This document shows positions 46,558 through 59,022 of a stretch of 64,000 bases of DNA, piece by piece. Position numbers and translations under genes: made by a program. The first letter of the stretch is position 1, and every line of letters begins with the position of its first letter. This DNA is from Podarcis vaucheri (taxonomy: Eukaryota): the NCBI GenBank assembly GCA_965113315.1, contig OZ220363.1; one strand, given 5' to 3'. A model generated the notes under the pieces. It did not search any database and was not told the origin of the DNA. It worked only from the letters and a program-made list of their open reading frames with translations.

Positions 46558-49500
46558 CAGATATTCCACTGATTTGAGCCTCCTTGAGCTACACTCATGA
46601 GGTTCTGTTTCCTTTCCTGTTCCAACATGTATGTCCAGAAAGGTGGTGATAAATAGGCACCAACTACCTAAAGGGGGGTTGGGGATGGAATGCCCTGTCA
46701 TTGTGACATGTGGGAAAGTCAAAGTTCATTCAGTGTTTCGTTTTTTCAATGCAATGTAGCGCCGTAGCAAACGTTGCTGGTGCAGGAAAAGAGGCTTGTG
46801 GTTATATTAGTGTTTTTAAATGGTTGTAGGTGAATAGGAACTGGAAGGATAAGATGGCAATGTCTATAAGCAAGAAAGGATCTGCCTATTAGGCAGGAGA
46901 AGCTAACTCTGTTGAGGGGAGGGGTAAGCAGCAGCTGGAATAACAGAAATGGAGTTCACTCATGCTTTTGTTTATTTCTAAAATGTATATTAACTGATTG
47001 GACAAAGTCTAGCCTCATAGATTGTTGGCCAAAATCCGACTGATATCAGTGGAGAGATTTAAGCATGTGCTTGCCTGCCCCACTGACATCATCAGGGTTT
47101 CAGTGTTCTCAGATTTGATTGACTTGTCTAGTACACATTTTGTATGTGCACCTGAGATTTTAAAGATTTTAAAACTGTATACATCTAAATACATTAAGTT
47201 TGAACGCAACGAAAAGGCGTTTTAATGTGCATGGAAAGAAGACATTGGTCAGACCATTAGGATGGCTGCAGTATTCTGTTAAATACTGCCTTGGTGGCAA
47301 ACCTGTTAGTTACTGTGGAATATATGTGTGTATTTGTTTATATTTGTGTATATGTTCTCTGTGGCACTTATTCCATGTTGAATGAAATGTCCTTAAATAC
47401 TAGCACTTTTAACTCGGTCTGTTACATAACTGCTGAGTTTTCTTCTTCCACTTTAAAGGTTGATTTTTGTAAGCTCCTGACAAATAAATGAATGGAGGAC
47501 TAGTGGCAAGCTAGCTTCTATTAGTGCCATTGAAACTGGACTCCTTGTTTATGCAGTTGAGAGAAAGTATTGTGTCTTGTCCCCATGGACAAAGCAGAAC
47601 TGAGAATAGCCCTGTCCCTAGTTTAACTAGCTTAGCAACCTCTTTGTGAAGCCCCGGAGGGGCAATTGTCTTTTGTTCTTGAACCCAGTAGAGACTCACA
47701 AAGCTAACTTACATCCATTGCACTTTTTTTCTTGCCTTCCTGTTGCATGAGAAGTTTAAGAATTGAGTTAGGCAGCACAGTCAGGTTTTGTCTCTTAATG
47801 TTGACAGTATAACACTAGGGTTTCAAAAAAACGGGTTAGTGCTTCTGTGGACTAAGGGTTGTTTTCTGTTAGTCACTGCAAGATTATCAACTTTAACAGC
47901 ATTTGGACTGGCCGTGTGATGGGGGAAAGCTTCTTTTTCTCTTACTCACGGGCAAAGATAAGTCTCTAGAAGAAAAATCAGTGAGTGGCAATGAACTTTG
48001 CAAAACTAAAGGACGTCTTCAGCCTCTTCAGATAATTTGGTCACTGTTTCCAGAACTGCATTGGAAGGAAATAGCTCTTCAGGTTACAGTTTAGCCAAGT
48101 ATGTTATTTTATTGAAAGTTTACCAAAGCTTATCAGTTTGTTGGTTTTCCTATTGTTTATTTGATGTACATTTGGATTGTATTGCCAATTTGGAAACAAT
48201 CTAGAAGAAGGGGAAAAGTGCACATATACCATGCATTTAGAGTTTTTTCTCCAGTGTTCATAAGCTTATTCATTCATACTCCTGTTTGCAAAAAACAACA
48301 ATATATGCATCAATCTCTGTCTTATAGCCAAGCATATTTTACATGTGTATGTGTTTGGATGAATTATTTGCATTTATTTTACTTTTAATATATTCAGCTT
48401 AATAGATATATTTTAATTTCAGCTGGACTGGTTTGATATAGATATTTATTCTTTAGGGGTAAAGGATGGTAATAACACTTACTTTATCATTTTAAACCAT
48501 TATAAAGCATTTTTAATGTTGTTTGTCAGAGATGCTCCTTTTATTTCAATGCCAGTGTTTTATTTTATCCTGTCTTTTCCAAAGAGATAAACTATATTCA
48601 TAACTTGTTTTAAGTTCTTAAGTGTGACAAATTTACACTCTGTTAAACGCCATGAAATGAACATAGTGATGCTATATCCGGCTAATATACTGAAGAGTTC
48701 ATGTGTGAGTGTGATTGCATACTGCAGACATGGAAGTGGGTGTTTTGATGACAGAAAATATACAATAGTAATTCCAACATTTTCAAGCAAGAGCCTCTCA
48801 ATTCCAAAATGTTATGCAAGCTGTATGACACCCAGTGGCAATGAGAGGTCTATTGCTGATATTACCAGCCCCTGCTACCACTGGAATAATTTCCTTTTTA
48901 CCCTGTATTCCCAATTATATGAAGATACTGGAAGGATAATCCTGCCTGAAAAATTAGTTTTCTTACCCATTTACTTATGAAGATAACCTCACAATATTAC
49001 CAGCCCATTCCTAGTTGGAAGACATTATTACTCAATCAATTAATTACATTGATATCCTACCCCTCCTTCCAAAGGAGCCCAGGGCAGCAAACAAGAAGTG
49101 TCCATACAATAAAAACAACTTAAAAGCAATTCCCGTACACATGTAAACTGAGAACGATACGGGAAAGTCTACAGTAGGCACACAAAAAAACAGCAGAGAT
49201 GTCATCTAATATTCAAGGGAAGGGAATTCTGAAGGGTAGACGTTAAAATACTATATGCTTGGTTCCTATATTGTGCAGAATGGACCTCCTGATAAGATGG
49301 TATTTGCAAGAGGCCCTCACCTGCAGAGCTCAGTACATCAAGGTAGCAAGACCTTTGCCATGCTTCTAACATGCCACATTCCCCCCTAAAACTGACTTTT
49401 AACAGAATTCATGCTAAATGTAATGTGTAAAAAAGCTCTTGCGTTTTATTCCTTGGCAAAATTTAGTTTCAAGTAAATGTGCTCCAACTTTACATCTCTC

Positions 49501-49661
49501 AGTGTTGAATTTAGTGATTATATGATGTGCATGCATTTTTCTATCCTATTGTTACCCTTTGACTTTTTTGGTGAAGGATAATATAAAAATGAATTGCTAG
49601 CTAGCTAGGTTGACTGATCTGGTAAACTTGCAACACAAATGTATTTCTGGTGTTTTCAAAG

Positions 49662-49784
49662 GTACATGACAGATGGTGGATTGGGCCTTTACACTCGAAG
49701 GCTAAACCGACTTCCGGATGGGATGGCTGCTGTACGGGAAACTCTGCAACGCAACACCTCGCTGGGCCTGGGCGATGCAGACAG
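49662..49784 (+). CDS. NAV2: NAV2 internal exon (123 bp, phase 2-2): YMTDGGLGLYTRRLNRLPDGMAAVRETLQRNTSLGLGDADS
   Basis: AAG acceptor, AG|GTAGGC donor; in frame with 20813 (GG+G = Gly); recognisable NAV2 peptide. The ORF track shows a different frame here. Confidence 0.96.
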
Positions 49785-50418
49785 GTAGGCCTGCACCTGC
49801 CATTCTTTATTTTTACATTCTGTATTTTTACACTCTTATGAACTGTCTTCCACTGCAAGCACAAAGGAAAACTTGTGCCTTTTGAATAGCCTGCGAATAT
49901 ATTGCAAGGAAGTGGAATTTGGCCGTTGTGATTTTGAGTGGGATCTTCTGAGGATACTTGAGTTAAGGTATTTAAGTGGAGTGGAAATTAGGCACATTTT
50001 CTATGACAGCACATCTGGACAGTTATTTCGATGGTTAATTGGTAATGGAATAAAACTGAGACACAGTAGCTTGTTGAAGAGTTTGTGGCAGAGGTGAGAT
50101 TTTATCTACCCTGTTTCCCCTGCACTGTGTGACCTCAGAATGCAATAAATAAATAAATAAATAAATGGTGTCTGCAGTGTAGAGACGTTGACTGAAAACA
50201 AAGCCGTATGGCTGAACCAATTGAAGAAGGCCATGCAGGTTCTTACCCTGCCCCAGAGTCTTCAGTTAAACTGGGGGAACGTATTTTTCTGACCTCATGC
50301 CAGTCCATAAGACCTGGAGACCAAAAAGCAAACTCTTTTCCCGAGCCACACCAAGAGATAACTTGCTTATTATTAAAAGTCAGCTCTATCCTTCCCAATA
50401 CCCAAAGTCAACCTATGA

Positions 50419-50533
50419 TAGGGTTGCCATATGTCTGGAATTTCCTGGACATAGCCGTGATTTGGCCATCGGAAAAAGTGCCTGGGCGGAAACAGCTTAA
50501 ATGTCTGGGAGAATCAGGACGTATGACAACCCA
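50419..50533. mobile_element. Short hAT-like MITE
   Basis: TAGGGTTGCCATATGTC...GACGTATGACAACCCA inverted termini; no clear TSD. Confidence 0.6.
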
Positions 50534-50595
50534 TGTCAGAAGTGTAGATTTTGGCTCAACAACTTTTGTGTCTGGATTGAATTTCACTTGTGATG

Positions 50596-50839
50596 GTGTA
50601 GTGGTTAAGAGTGGTAGTCTTGTAATCTGGTGAACCGGGTTCGTGTCTCCGCTCCTCCACATGCAGCTGCTGGGTGGCCTTGGGCCAGTCACACTTCTTT
50701 GAAGTCTCTCAGCCCCACTCACCTCACAGAGTGTTTGTTCTGGGGGAGGAAGGGAAAGGAGAATGTTAGCCGCTTTGAGACTCCTTAAAGGGACTGAAAG
50801 GCGGGATATCAAATCCAAACTCTTCTTCTTCTTCTTCTT
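50596..50839 (+). mobile_element. Squam3-like tRNA/CORE SINE with (CTT)n tail
   Basis: GTGTAGTGGTTAAGAG A-box, GGGTTCG B-box, CORE-like middle, L2-like 3' end, TSD CTTGTGATG (50587-95 and 50840-48). Confidence 0.88.
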
Positions 50840-53800
50840 CTTGTGATGTCAACAGATTTTTAAAGCGTGGAAAGAACAACCCTTACTCTGTCTGCCACCA
50901 TATTTTCCCCCATCTTGACTCTCAACCCCTCTAATTATAATGCTAGTAGTGTTATGCTGTTTTACTCTGTAAGGCATTTGAGAGAAAAACGGTGGCAACT
51001 GGCCACATCACAGTAGTGGGAAGTGGCACTTTTGCTAGACTTTCAAACATAAAGGGTGGAGGGGGGTAGCAGTAGACAGCATATTCAGCATTACTGTTAA
51101 AAAGATAAGGGGAGGGGAAAGGAAACAGCACGACCTGCAAAATAATTTTTAATACTTAATCCCAACTCCGAAAACTGCCAAAATTGCCACTCCAGTTCAC
51201 ATAATTTGCAAACAGGGCTGGCAAATTTGTTGGAGAGGCATTTCCACTCAGCCCTAGCTATAATTAAAACATTATTAAGTTGCTCTTAAGCATGATTCAT
51301 GAAAGAATATTCTAGAGACTGGATTTATTTCCCTTTGAAACTGTATAAAGCTGAATGTCCCAAGACTGAGCCAATCCAACACTGGACTTGAATGTCACAG
51401 TAAAATGGCTTATTGCTAAGATATCCCCAGTGGAGCTTTTTCGTTTCCAGCTGCTCAGCTTACTTGTGCTATCTCATTAGTTGTAGATAGAATGAAGATT
51501 TCTCCATATTAACTGTATTAGCATCAAACATGGCCCTTACAAGATACATTTCCCCTTGCAGCAGACCAGCAGATCTGGATGTGGAAAATTAATTTAATGC
51601 CTGATTGCTAGGTTAATGGGGATTACCTTAATAACAGCTGAGCTTACCAGTTTATTTGTATTTTTGTGTGCACAGGCATACACGCCACTCACAATGAATA
51701 GCATCTGAAAGCCCCCTTTAATTTAGATTTGTTTTGTTTATTTTAAAAGGATGTAAAACAGACAAAAATAGTTTCAGCTTTTCTTTATTTACTGTGTTGG
51801 GTTTACCCACCTGGTTCTGGGAGTTATTAATTAATTTCAACACCTGTGCATGCCAAAGACTTCTCTCTTTTTTTTTGGTCACAGAATGGTAAAAGAGACT
51901 AGACATACCAGGTGAAGCCACTGCCTCAGGCGACGGCAACCCACCCCATCACTACTGGAGAAATAGCAGCAGCAGCGCCAATATCCGGCAAAATCTCACC
52001 GGAAATTGGTGATATTTGGCCAGAAACCAGCGCTGACCGCCAGAGGCAGTGGAGCAGGGCAGCACTTCCCCCTTTTGCCTCAAGTGGCAAAACGGGATAC
52101 ATCACCCCTGAGACAAAGGTGTAGGTACAGAGTTCTAGGAATTAAACTCTGTTTTCCAAATCTAGATCCCAAGGCCTTTGTTTGTTACAAAAGTGAATGT
52201 GCAAGAAGGTTGGAAAAACACCAGCTGCCAGATCTGCACATCTCCCAGGTGCCACCCTTTAACAGGGAAAGGTTGTCAGGATAGGAAGAAATTCCGAATC
52301 TTCGCAGTTTTCTTTCTTATTCTTCTGTCTTCTTCTGGTGGAATTTTCTGCCCACTGAGGATCTCCAGGCCTCATCTCTTTCTTCTTTTAGGAGGCTAGT
52401 AAAACATTCTTATTTTAAAAGGCCTTTTATCTTTTTTTTTGGGGGGGGGGGTTTATAGCTGCATTGTTGTTGTTAAACCTTCTTCAATAAGAACCCAGCC
52501 CTGCACATATATATGGTCACACACACACATCGATCGTGCGTAAGTAAGTGGGGGCAGGGGAGACGCCTGTACAAAATTTTGATAAAATACTCTTCTGAAA
52601 TGTACAGTTGAAATAGGCTGGAGGAAAGGCCTGTAGTCAGTTAGACAGAGGAAGGCATGCAGGACATCATGCACTAGAGCAGGACAAATGAGTTCTGCCT
52701 AGCAGCAGCTTTAATTAGTATTTACATTGCAAAAACATGAGGCCAGGCAGAGGACAATCCACAACCTGAATCCCTGTAGGTGACAACAGGATTCAGACAA
52801 AGGAATGGAACACACTGCGTTCAAACTGGTCGGACTAACTGCTTTGCTAGCATTGTTAACTTCTACAGTAAAGTTTCCACTTTTTGTAAAATGGAAGCTG
52901 GCCAGACCTGAGAAACCATGGCAATTATAGGCCTATATCATGACAGGGAGTGTTTATAATTCATTATGCTAACTGTTGGGCTATAATTTAATTTAACCGT
53001 TAAAGTTGTCCATGCTTTTATAAGCTTAGAGGATACATGGGCAGCTGCTTTCAAAGTCAATGTGTGGGAAATTTTATTTTAGTAGTATATCTTTAACTCT
53101 AAATATATGTGTGGCATGTAGGGTCCACCTACACAACTCTCATTCATGCCCCCATATTTTAATCCACCATCTCTTAACACATGTTTCTGAATGTTCTTGT
53201 GAAAAGTAGTATTTCTTGTAGCTAACAAATCGTGTAATATCTTTTGATATCTTGTAAGTGCACATAAAGAAATCAAGCATTGTTTCCTGCAAAGTACAAA
53301 CAAGTCAGTTGATGGAGCTAGTGGATATACCTTGCAGGGAAAAAATATGATATGTAACTAATAAGTCTATTCTTTATTGTTCCCTCTAGGGCATGATACC
53401 CAATCTTTGATAAAAGAGGGGTATACTGTTCTTATATCCCAAACACACTATAAAGACTTGTGGCTCCTTTAAAAGTAACACGAGTCTAGATCTGAGCTGG
53501 GTGGAGGTGCAGAAGCAAGTGGAAGGATAAGTGTCCTCTTCTTGTTTATAGCTTTTCCGCTGCAAATAGCACTTTCCTGGCTTTCATTTCACAAAAGAAG
53601 CCACTGTGGTTTGAGTGCCAAACTAGGACCAAATAAGACACAAATTCAACTCTCCGCTCTGTATGAGCCAGCTATTCCATCGTTCTTTCAGCCTAACCTA
53701 CTTCATAGGGATGTTGTGATGGTAAAATGAGACCAGAGGAGGACAACGTCCATTGACCTGAGCTATTTTGGTGAAGGGCATTATGAAATGTAATAAAGAA

Positions 53801-53955
53801 CAGTTTTGTTCAGATGCATGATCTTAAGGAAAGTGATGCAGTGTCTTGCTAAAGCTAAGTGGGTCATGGTGTGATCAGTGCCTGGATGGGAAACTGCCAG
53901 GGAACATTACTTATGCTGCCTTGAGTTTCATGATGAAGGAATACAGGATATAAAT

Positions 53956-54086
53956 CAGAAATGGGGAACCTGTGGCCCTCCAGATAGTGTTGTACCAAAA
54001 CACCCATCATCCCTGACCAGGATGGCTGGGGCTGATGGGAATTGAACTCCCAACAATACCTGGAAGGACACAGGTGTCCCATCACT
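53956..54086. mobile_element. Palindromic hAT-like MITE
   Basis: CAG..ATGGGGAACCTGTGGCCCTCCAG / CTGGAAGGACACAGGTGTCCCATCACTG inverted arms. Confidence 0.7.
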
Positions 54087-57000
54087 GATTCATTACCGAT
54101 ACAAGTATACTGAACACATCAAATAAGCAGCCACAAAGTTAAGCCAGAACATGTTGGCATATAAACTTTTAGTGGTGTGTTTATCTCACTGAATTCAGCA
54201 AGACTGAAGGATATTGGATTATGTCTGAGCTCAAAAGAACACAAAAGCCAGACAGGTAAAACTAAAGTCGTTTTACTGTAGATCGTAGCCTGGTTCAGCT
54301 GCTGCATTATGAGACAGCAAGGCAGAACACTCTGTATTTTTGCTACTACAGACTACAGAGCAGCATCACTACTCTTCTCTGGCTTTCATCTCTGGGTATT
54401 TGTTGACACCCTGGCCCTTGGAAGTGATCATGTATCCCAGTTTAGCCACCTAGACTGTAATATATGAATATTTATAGCTGCTGTAACAGAGAAATCAAAG
54501 GACCACTTAAACCTTCAACCCAGAAAACCCCACTCCTCATGTAGCTGTCTGGTTTGGTTTTTATCAGCTGGCTCAAAACAACCCTGCTCTCAAAGTAAAG
54601 TTATACTTGAGTGCATGGAGAGATAATCTCCCTCTGCCTTAGAAAGACAACTTTTATCTTGTAAATCAGATGCAAAAAGAAGAACAAAGGGAATTCCCAT
54701 CAAGAGTTCTTTTGAACTCTTGCATTCTAGAAAGATGATTGTCTGGTTACAATGACTAGCAATAACAATAGAAAAGGCCTTCATTTTATAGGTGAGATTT
54801 GTCGTATGCCTTAACTCAGTATGCCCACCCCAGAGTTACCCTTTGATGAGCATGAAGAACCCCAGCATCCCCCCCAAAGCCAAAACTACAGAAGGGGCAG
54901 GGGATCATCCTCGTAACTGGACAGTGATTCCCTAACTTCCTTCAGCTTCAAGATTTGGAGGAAGAGCTGTTTGGATGCTGTGGTGCTCCAAGCTCCCTGC
55001 CAACCTTTTCTGGTTCTAAACTGGTGAAGGGCTAGAATCCTGACAACCACAATGTTTGGATTAGCTGCCAAAATTATAGACCCGTTTTTTCTCCTTTAGA
55101 GCCCAATAAGGTGGAGAGGATAGCACTATTCTGTCAAGCATAAAGGTTTAAGTGCAGCCTTTTCAACAGCGTTAACCTTTGTGTCAAAAAGTTGAGTTAA
55201 AATATATGCACATTTACAAAGACATGGACAGGGCACAATATTCCAATACTATCTTTTTTTGTAAGGAGCATTGAAATTAGGCTTGTACTAAAGACATTCC
55301 TAGTACAGTACAGTACAACTATATCTGCCTTCCATCCAACTATGGCCATCCTCTTCTATGTATCCTACTTGAAAACAGGAAAAATAAGCACTGTGATTCC
55401 ATCTGACTGCCCCACTTAAAATTCTGGCAGTCGCATTCTACACTAATTAAAGCCTATGAGTCGTTTTCAAGGACAGCACCTTGTACAATGCATTATAGTA
55501 ATCTAGTCAGGAAGTTACCAGATCACTGCAAATATTAACATATAGTGGCTTTTCAAACTCAGCAGAGCAAGTGGGCAAAGTAGGTTTGCTATCCAAAATT
55601 AAGCACAGTAGGCAGGTCCTTTGTGCTTTGCAAGACAAGCTGAAGGATATAAATTTTTTTTTGACACAGAGCAGAAACTGTTATTTGGCTTTTCACATCT
55701 AATGGCAACAACATCAACAAAAGTCTCCAGACAGCTGCTTCAGTAACCTCTGATCCTGGGATTTCCCTGTTGTTGAGGTTATCTGTTCAGCTTCCAAAGT
55801 GCAAACACTGTTTTCATACATTTGGAGCTTTCATTCGGACTTGGGTATCTTGTGAGGCAATAAGGTCATATGTAAAGGCAATCAAACAACAAGCAAGTGC
55901 ACTTTTGAGCATTCAAGCAAATATATGATAGTTCACTGGGGAAGGGTGTGCCTAATTTTCAACCCTTATGAACTCTACTTTTGTGGATGAAGGCATGCAA
56001 TATAATTAGTTGTCAGTGAATTGTGCGCTCTCAAGTAACAGTGATAAGCTAAGGCTGCATAACTACACTTGGCTGGAAGTTAAGGTGCAGTAGATTTAGT
56101 GAGAATTATTATGTAGCACCAGTGGGACTTCCAAATAAACATGTATCGGACTAATCTGTACAGTCTCACCCCAAGGACTGTCCTTACGTCAGTTTTTCAT
56201 GTTGTTTTGACAATATGCATAATTGTTGACCTCGGCGGGTGATGTGCTGAGTTCTTGGATCCACTGATAGAAACTGCAAGAAAAGCAAGTATGGTGATGT
56301 TTTTGAAAGGAATATCACTTCTCATGTGATTGATGTACGTGCTTTGGGAACTAAGACCTACTGACCTTCTGGAAATTATCACATTGCTGAAGGCTGCACT
56401 GATGTATATCAGGATTTGAACAGTCAATGAATAGCTTGAAATGGTGACAAGTGAGCACTTGAGTCTATCTGAGTAAAGATTTAAGCTTTAAATTATTTTG
56501 GTCAGCACTTTAAAAATCTCTAATGGATCAGGTGGGGCATTCAGCTCAAAGTGTTGTCACTTCGCACTGTTGTCTACCTTTTGTTTTCTTAGTCTAACTA
56601 TTCAAGCATACATCATTTTATTTCCATAGTTCACCAATGCTCAAGCCCACTTGCAACATGAAAAAAGACAACAAAAGTAGTCATAAACAATAAATAAAAC
56701 TTTAAAAAATGCACAACCAAATGAAACAATTTCCACATAAATCATAGTAAGATCTCAAATAAAGATTAGTATCAATAACAGCAGCAACAACCACAAACAA
56801 AAAGTCCTAAACAATACTCCAGCCCAAGAGTCTGTTCAGCAGCCTCAGCTTTTGTAGCTATAGTTAGCCAGTCATCAGTCAGGGCCTTGACTCCCCAGGC
56901 CAGGTGGGGAAAGGCCTGCAAGGCAGGGATTAGGTCTTCCAGGACTCACAGCCAAGATGATCTCTGGCCTCAGCTTTTGTAGCTGGAGTCAGTTTTATCT

Positions 57001-58782
57001 TCTTTAATAATACTAGGTTCTGAATTATTTTCTGTTCAGCTAGTTAGCAGTACTTTGGATGGAGACAATGGAAGGAGTAAGCCGGGTCTAGCTTCTGTAC
57101 GTGTTTTCCTTTATGCCTGATACCCACCCACCCCCATACATTTATAACTGATATATTCATGTTCTGTTATTTAACCATTTTCATAAAATTAGATCCAGAC
57201 TTACTTTGTGTTCTATGAATGGAAATGCTTTTCCCTTGCTTTTTCCACTCAGCTGGTGGAGGCGAAAGACATCTTTCACCAATTCTCCAGTTCCCCTGTG
57301 CCCCACACCCCGTATCATCCCTCCCAACATGTGGAAAGCAATGAAGCTGGCAACAGTGGAACAATGGAGGGCATAAGGCAATGGGTTGTTCCTTCTCTCT
57401 CCTTGGTCACTTGAGACCTGCCTCCTAAATACATATAGCATATAAAATGTACCAACACATGTCAATATCTTGAGTGTTAATAATTAAGAGCAAGGCCCAT
57501 TAAAGCTTTCAGGAGCAGTTTATGTCTGTTAAGGCTCAGGCAAGAGAAATGTACCTCCCCTTAATCCCATAGAGGGAGCAGTGTTGGAAACGCAGTTCGT
57601 TACAGGAAATGGCAGGCCCAGGAGCACAGGAAAGGTAGGAACCTTATTGGAATAATCCTGGGTCTATTACAGAGCAGAACCACAAATTTGAATGATACCA
57701 GAATTCCTCTAACGTAGGTACAGTGTCATGTATAATGTGATATTTCTAAAGATTCCAATTTTGCAAGAATACCATCCATCAGATACACAAGACTGGCCTG
57801 CCTATGATTTCCACTTAAGCAGATAGCTGCTAATAGGGAGCTGCAATAATCTCTCCTCTTTGACCTGGTTATTTACCATAATGCTGCCAATAGCAGGGTT
57901 ATTAGGCTTTTGTAGAAGCACTGCAACTTCCTCACTTGTGTGAAGAATCATGGCCTGCTCATAGGAGGCAAGCAAAAGAGTTGGCATAGCTGGAATTCCT
58001 GTTGTAGAGGCCTTATTACAACTACTTTATTCAGTACAAAGGAAGGTGCAGTCGAAACTGCCATTTTCACACTAAAAACATGTAATCTCCCACTTAACCT
58101 CAGAGTTGCCTTACTGAATCATTACTATATCAAATAGCTATCTAGCGTTTGAGATGTCTCTAGAATATAACACACAGAGTTATGTTCATGGTTGTTCTTC
58201 TACAGTATCTGGTATTCCAAGGTATACTACCTTAGAAGATGGAGCTAATAGTCATTTTTAGGTCTTGATTTAGTTCTATGTTACCTTGTCTGCTTAAATA
58301 TTTACTGGAGTTTTCATTCCCAGATAGTATCTTGCTTCCAATGACTAAGTTGGTGACACTCATTAAAAGCTTGAGTGAACAATTTTAATGAGGGGTAAGA
58401 GGAAGAGTTTCTTACAGACGGACATTTGTCTTATGACGATCCAAAGTAAATATTTAACTCCGTTTATAAGGTACATAATGGAGACATTTACTTTATAGGC
58501 AGCTAAAAGAAAATAGTTTTGCAGATCATTGTCAGATGACATTACATGAATCACGTTAACAAATCTAGATCTCTGATGAGATGCTGGTGAAGTGATCTTG
58601 TAAATAAAAAAAATAAAAAATGTGAATAAGCAGAACTGTTAAATACACAAAGCCAAAGGTATTAGTTGGGCCAAAACAATTATAGTTCATGTTACCAACA
58701 AACTAGTAGCTTTTCTTCTTACAGTGTTTCTACTACCTATAACCAGGCACTCTTCAGTAAAGAAAATATCACCACCTTAATA

Positions 58783-59022
58783 CAGTCATGCCTTGGGTTA
58801 AAGTAGCTTCGGGTTGAGTGTTTTCAGGTTACGCTCCGCGGTGACCCAGAAGTAACGGAACACGTTACTTCCGGGTTTCGCCGCATGCGCAGACGCTCAA
58901 AATGACATCACGTGCAGAAGTGGCGAAACACGACCTGCACATGCGCAGTCGCGTGTTACGTTCTACTCAGGATGCGAGCGGGGCTCCGGAACGGATTCTG
59001 TTCGCATCCAGAGGTACCACTG
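58783..59022. mobile_element. Tigger-like MITE with CpG-rich interior
   Basis: TA TSDs; CAGTCATGCCT.../...GAGGTACCACTG termini. Confidence 0.8.

Noticed and set aside
52037-52051. CTCF site CCGCCAGAGGCAGT
   Set aside because: One base short in the core relative to consensus spacing.
51885-52124. Strong pyrimidine tract plus CAG at 51884 and a 70-aa ORF as an extra NAV2 exon
   Set aside because: In the required phase 2 it hits TGA after 9 codons, and the 70-aa frame has an upstream TAG; no NAV2 similarity.
52513-52549. ATG plus tandem GTAAGT donors as another first exon
   Set aside because: The donors give phase 0 or 1; the next NAV2 exon needs phase 2.
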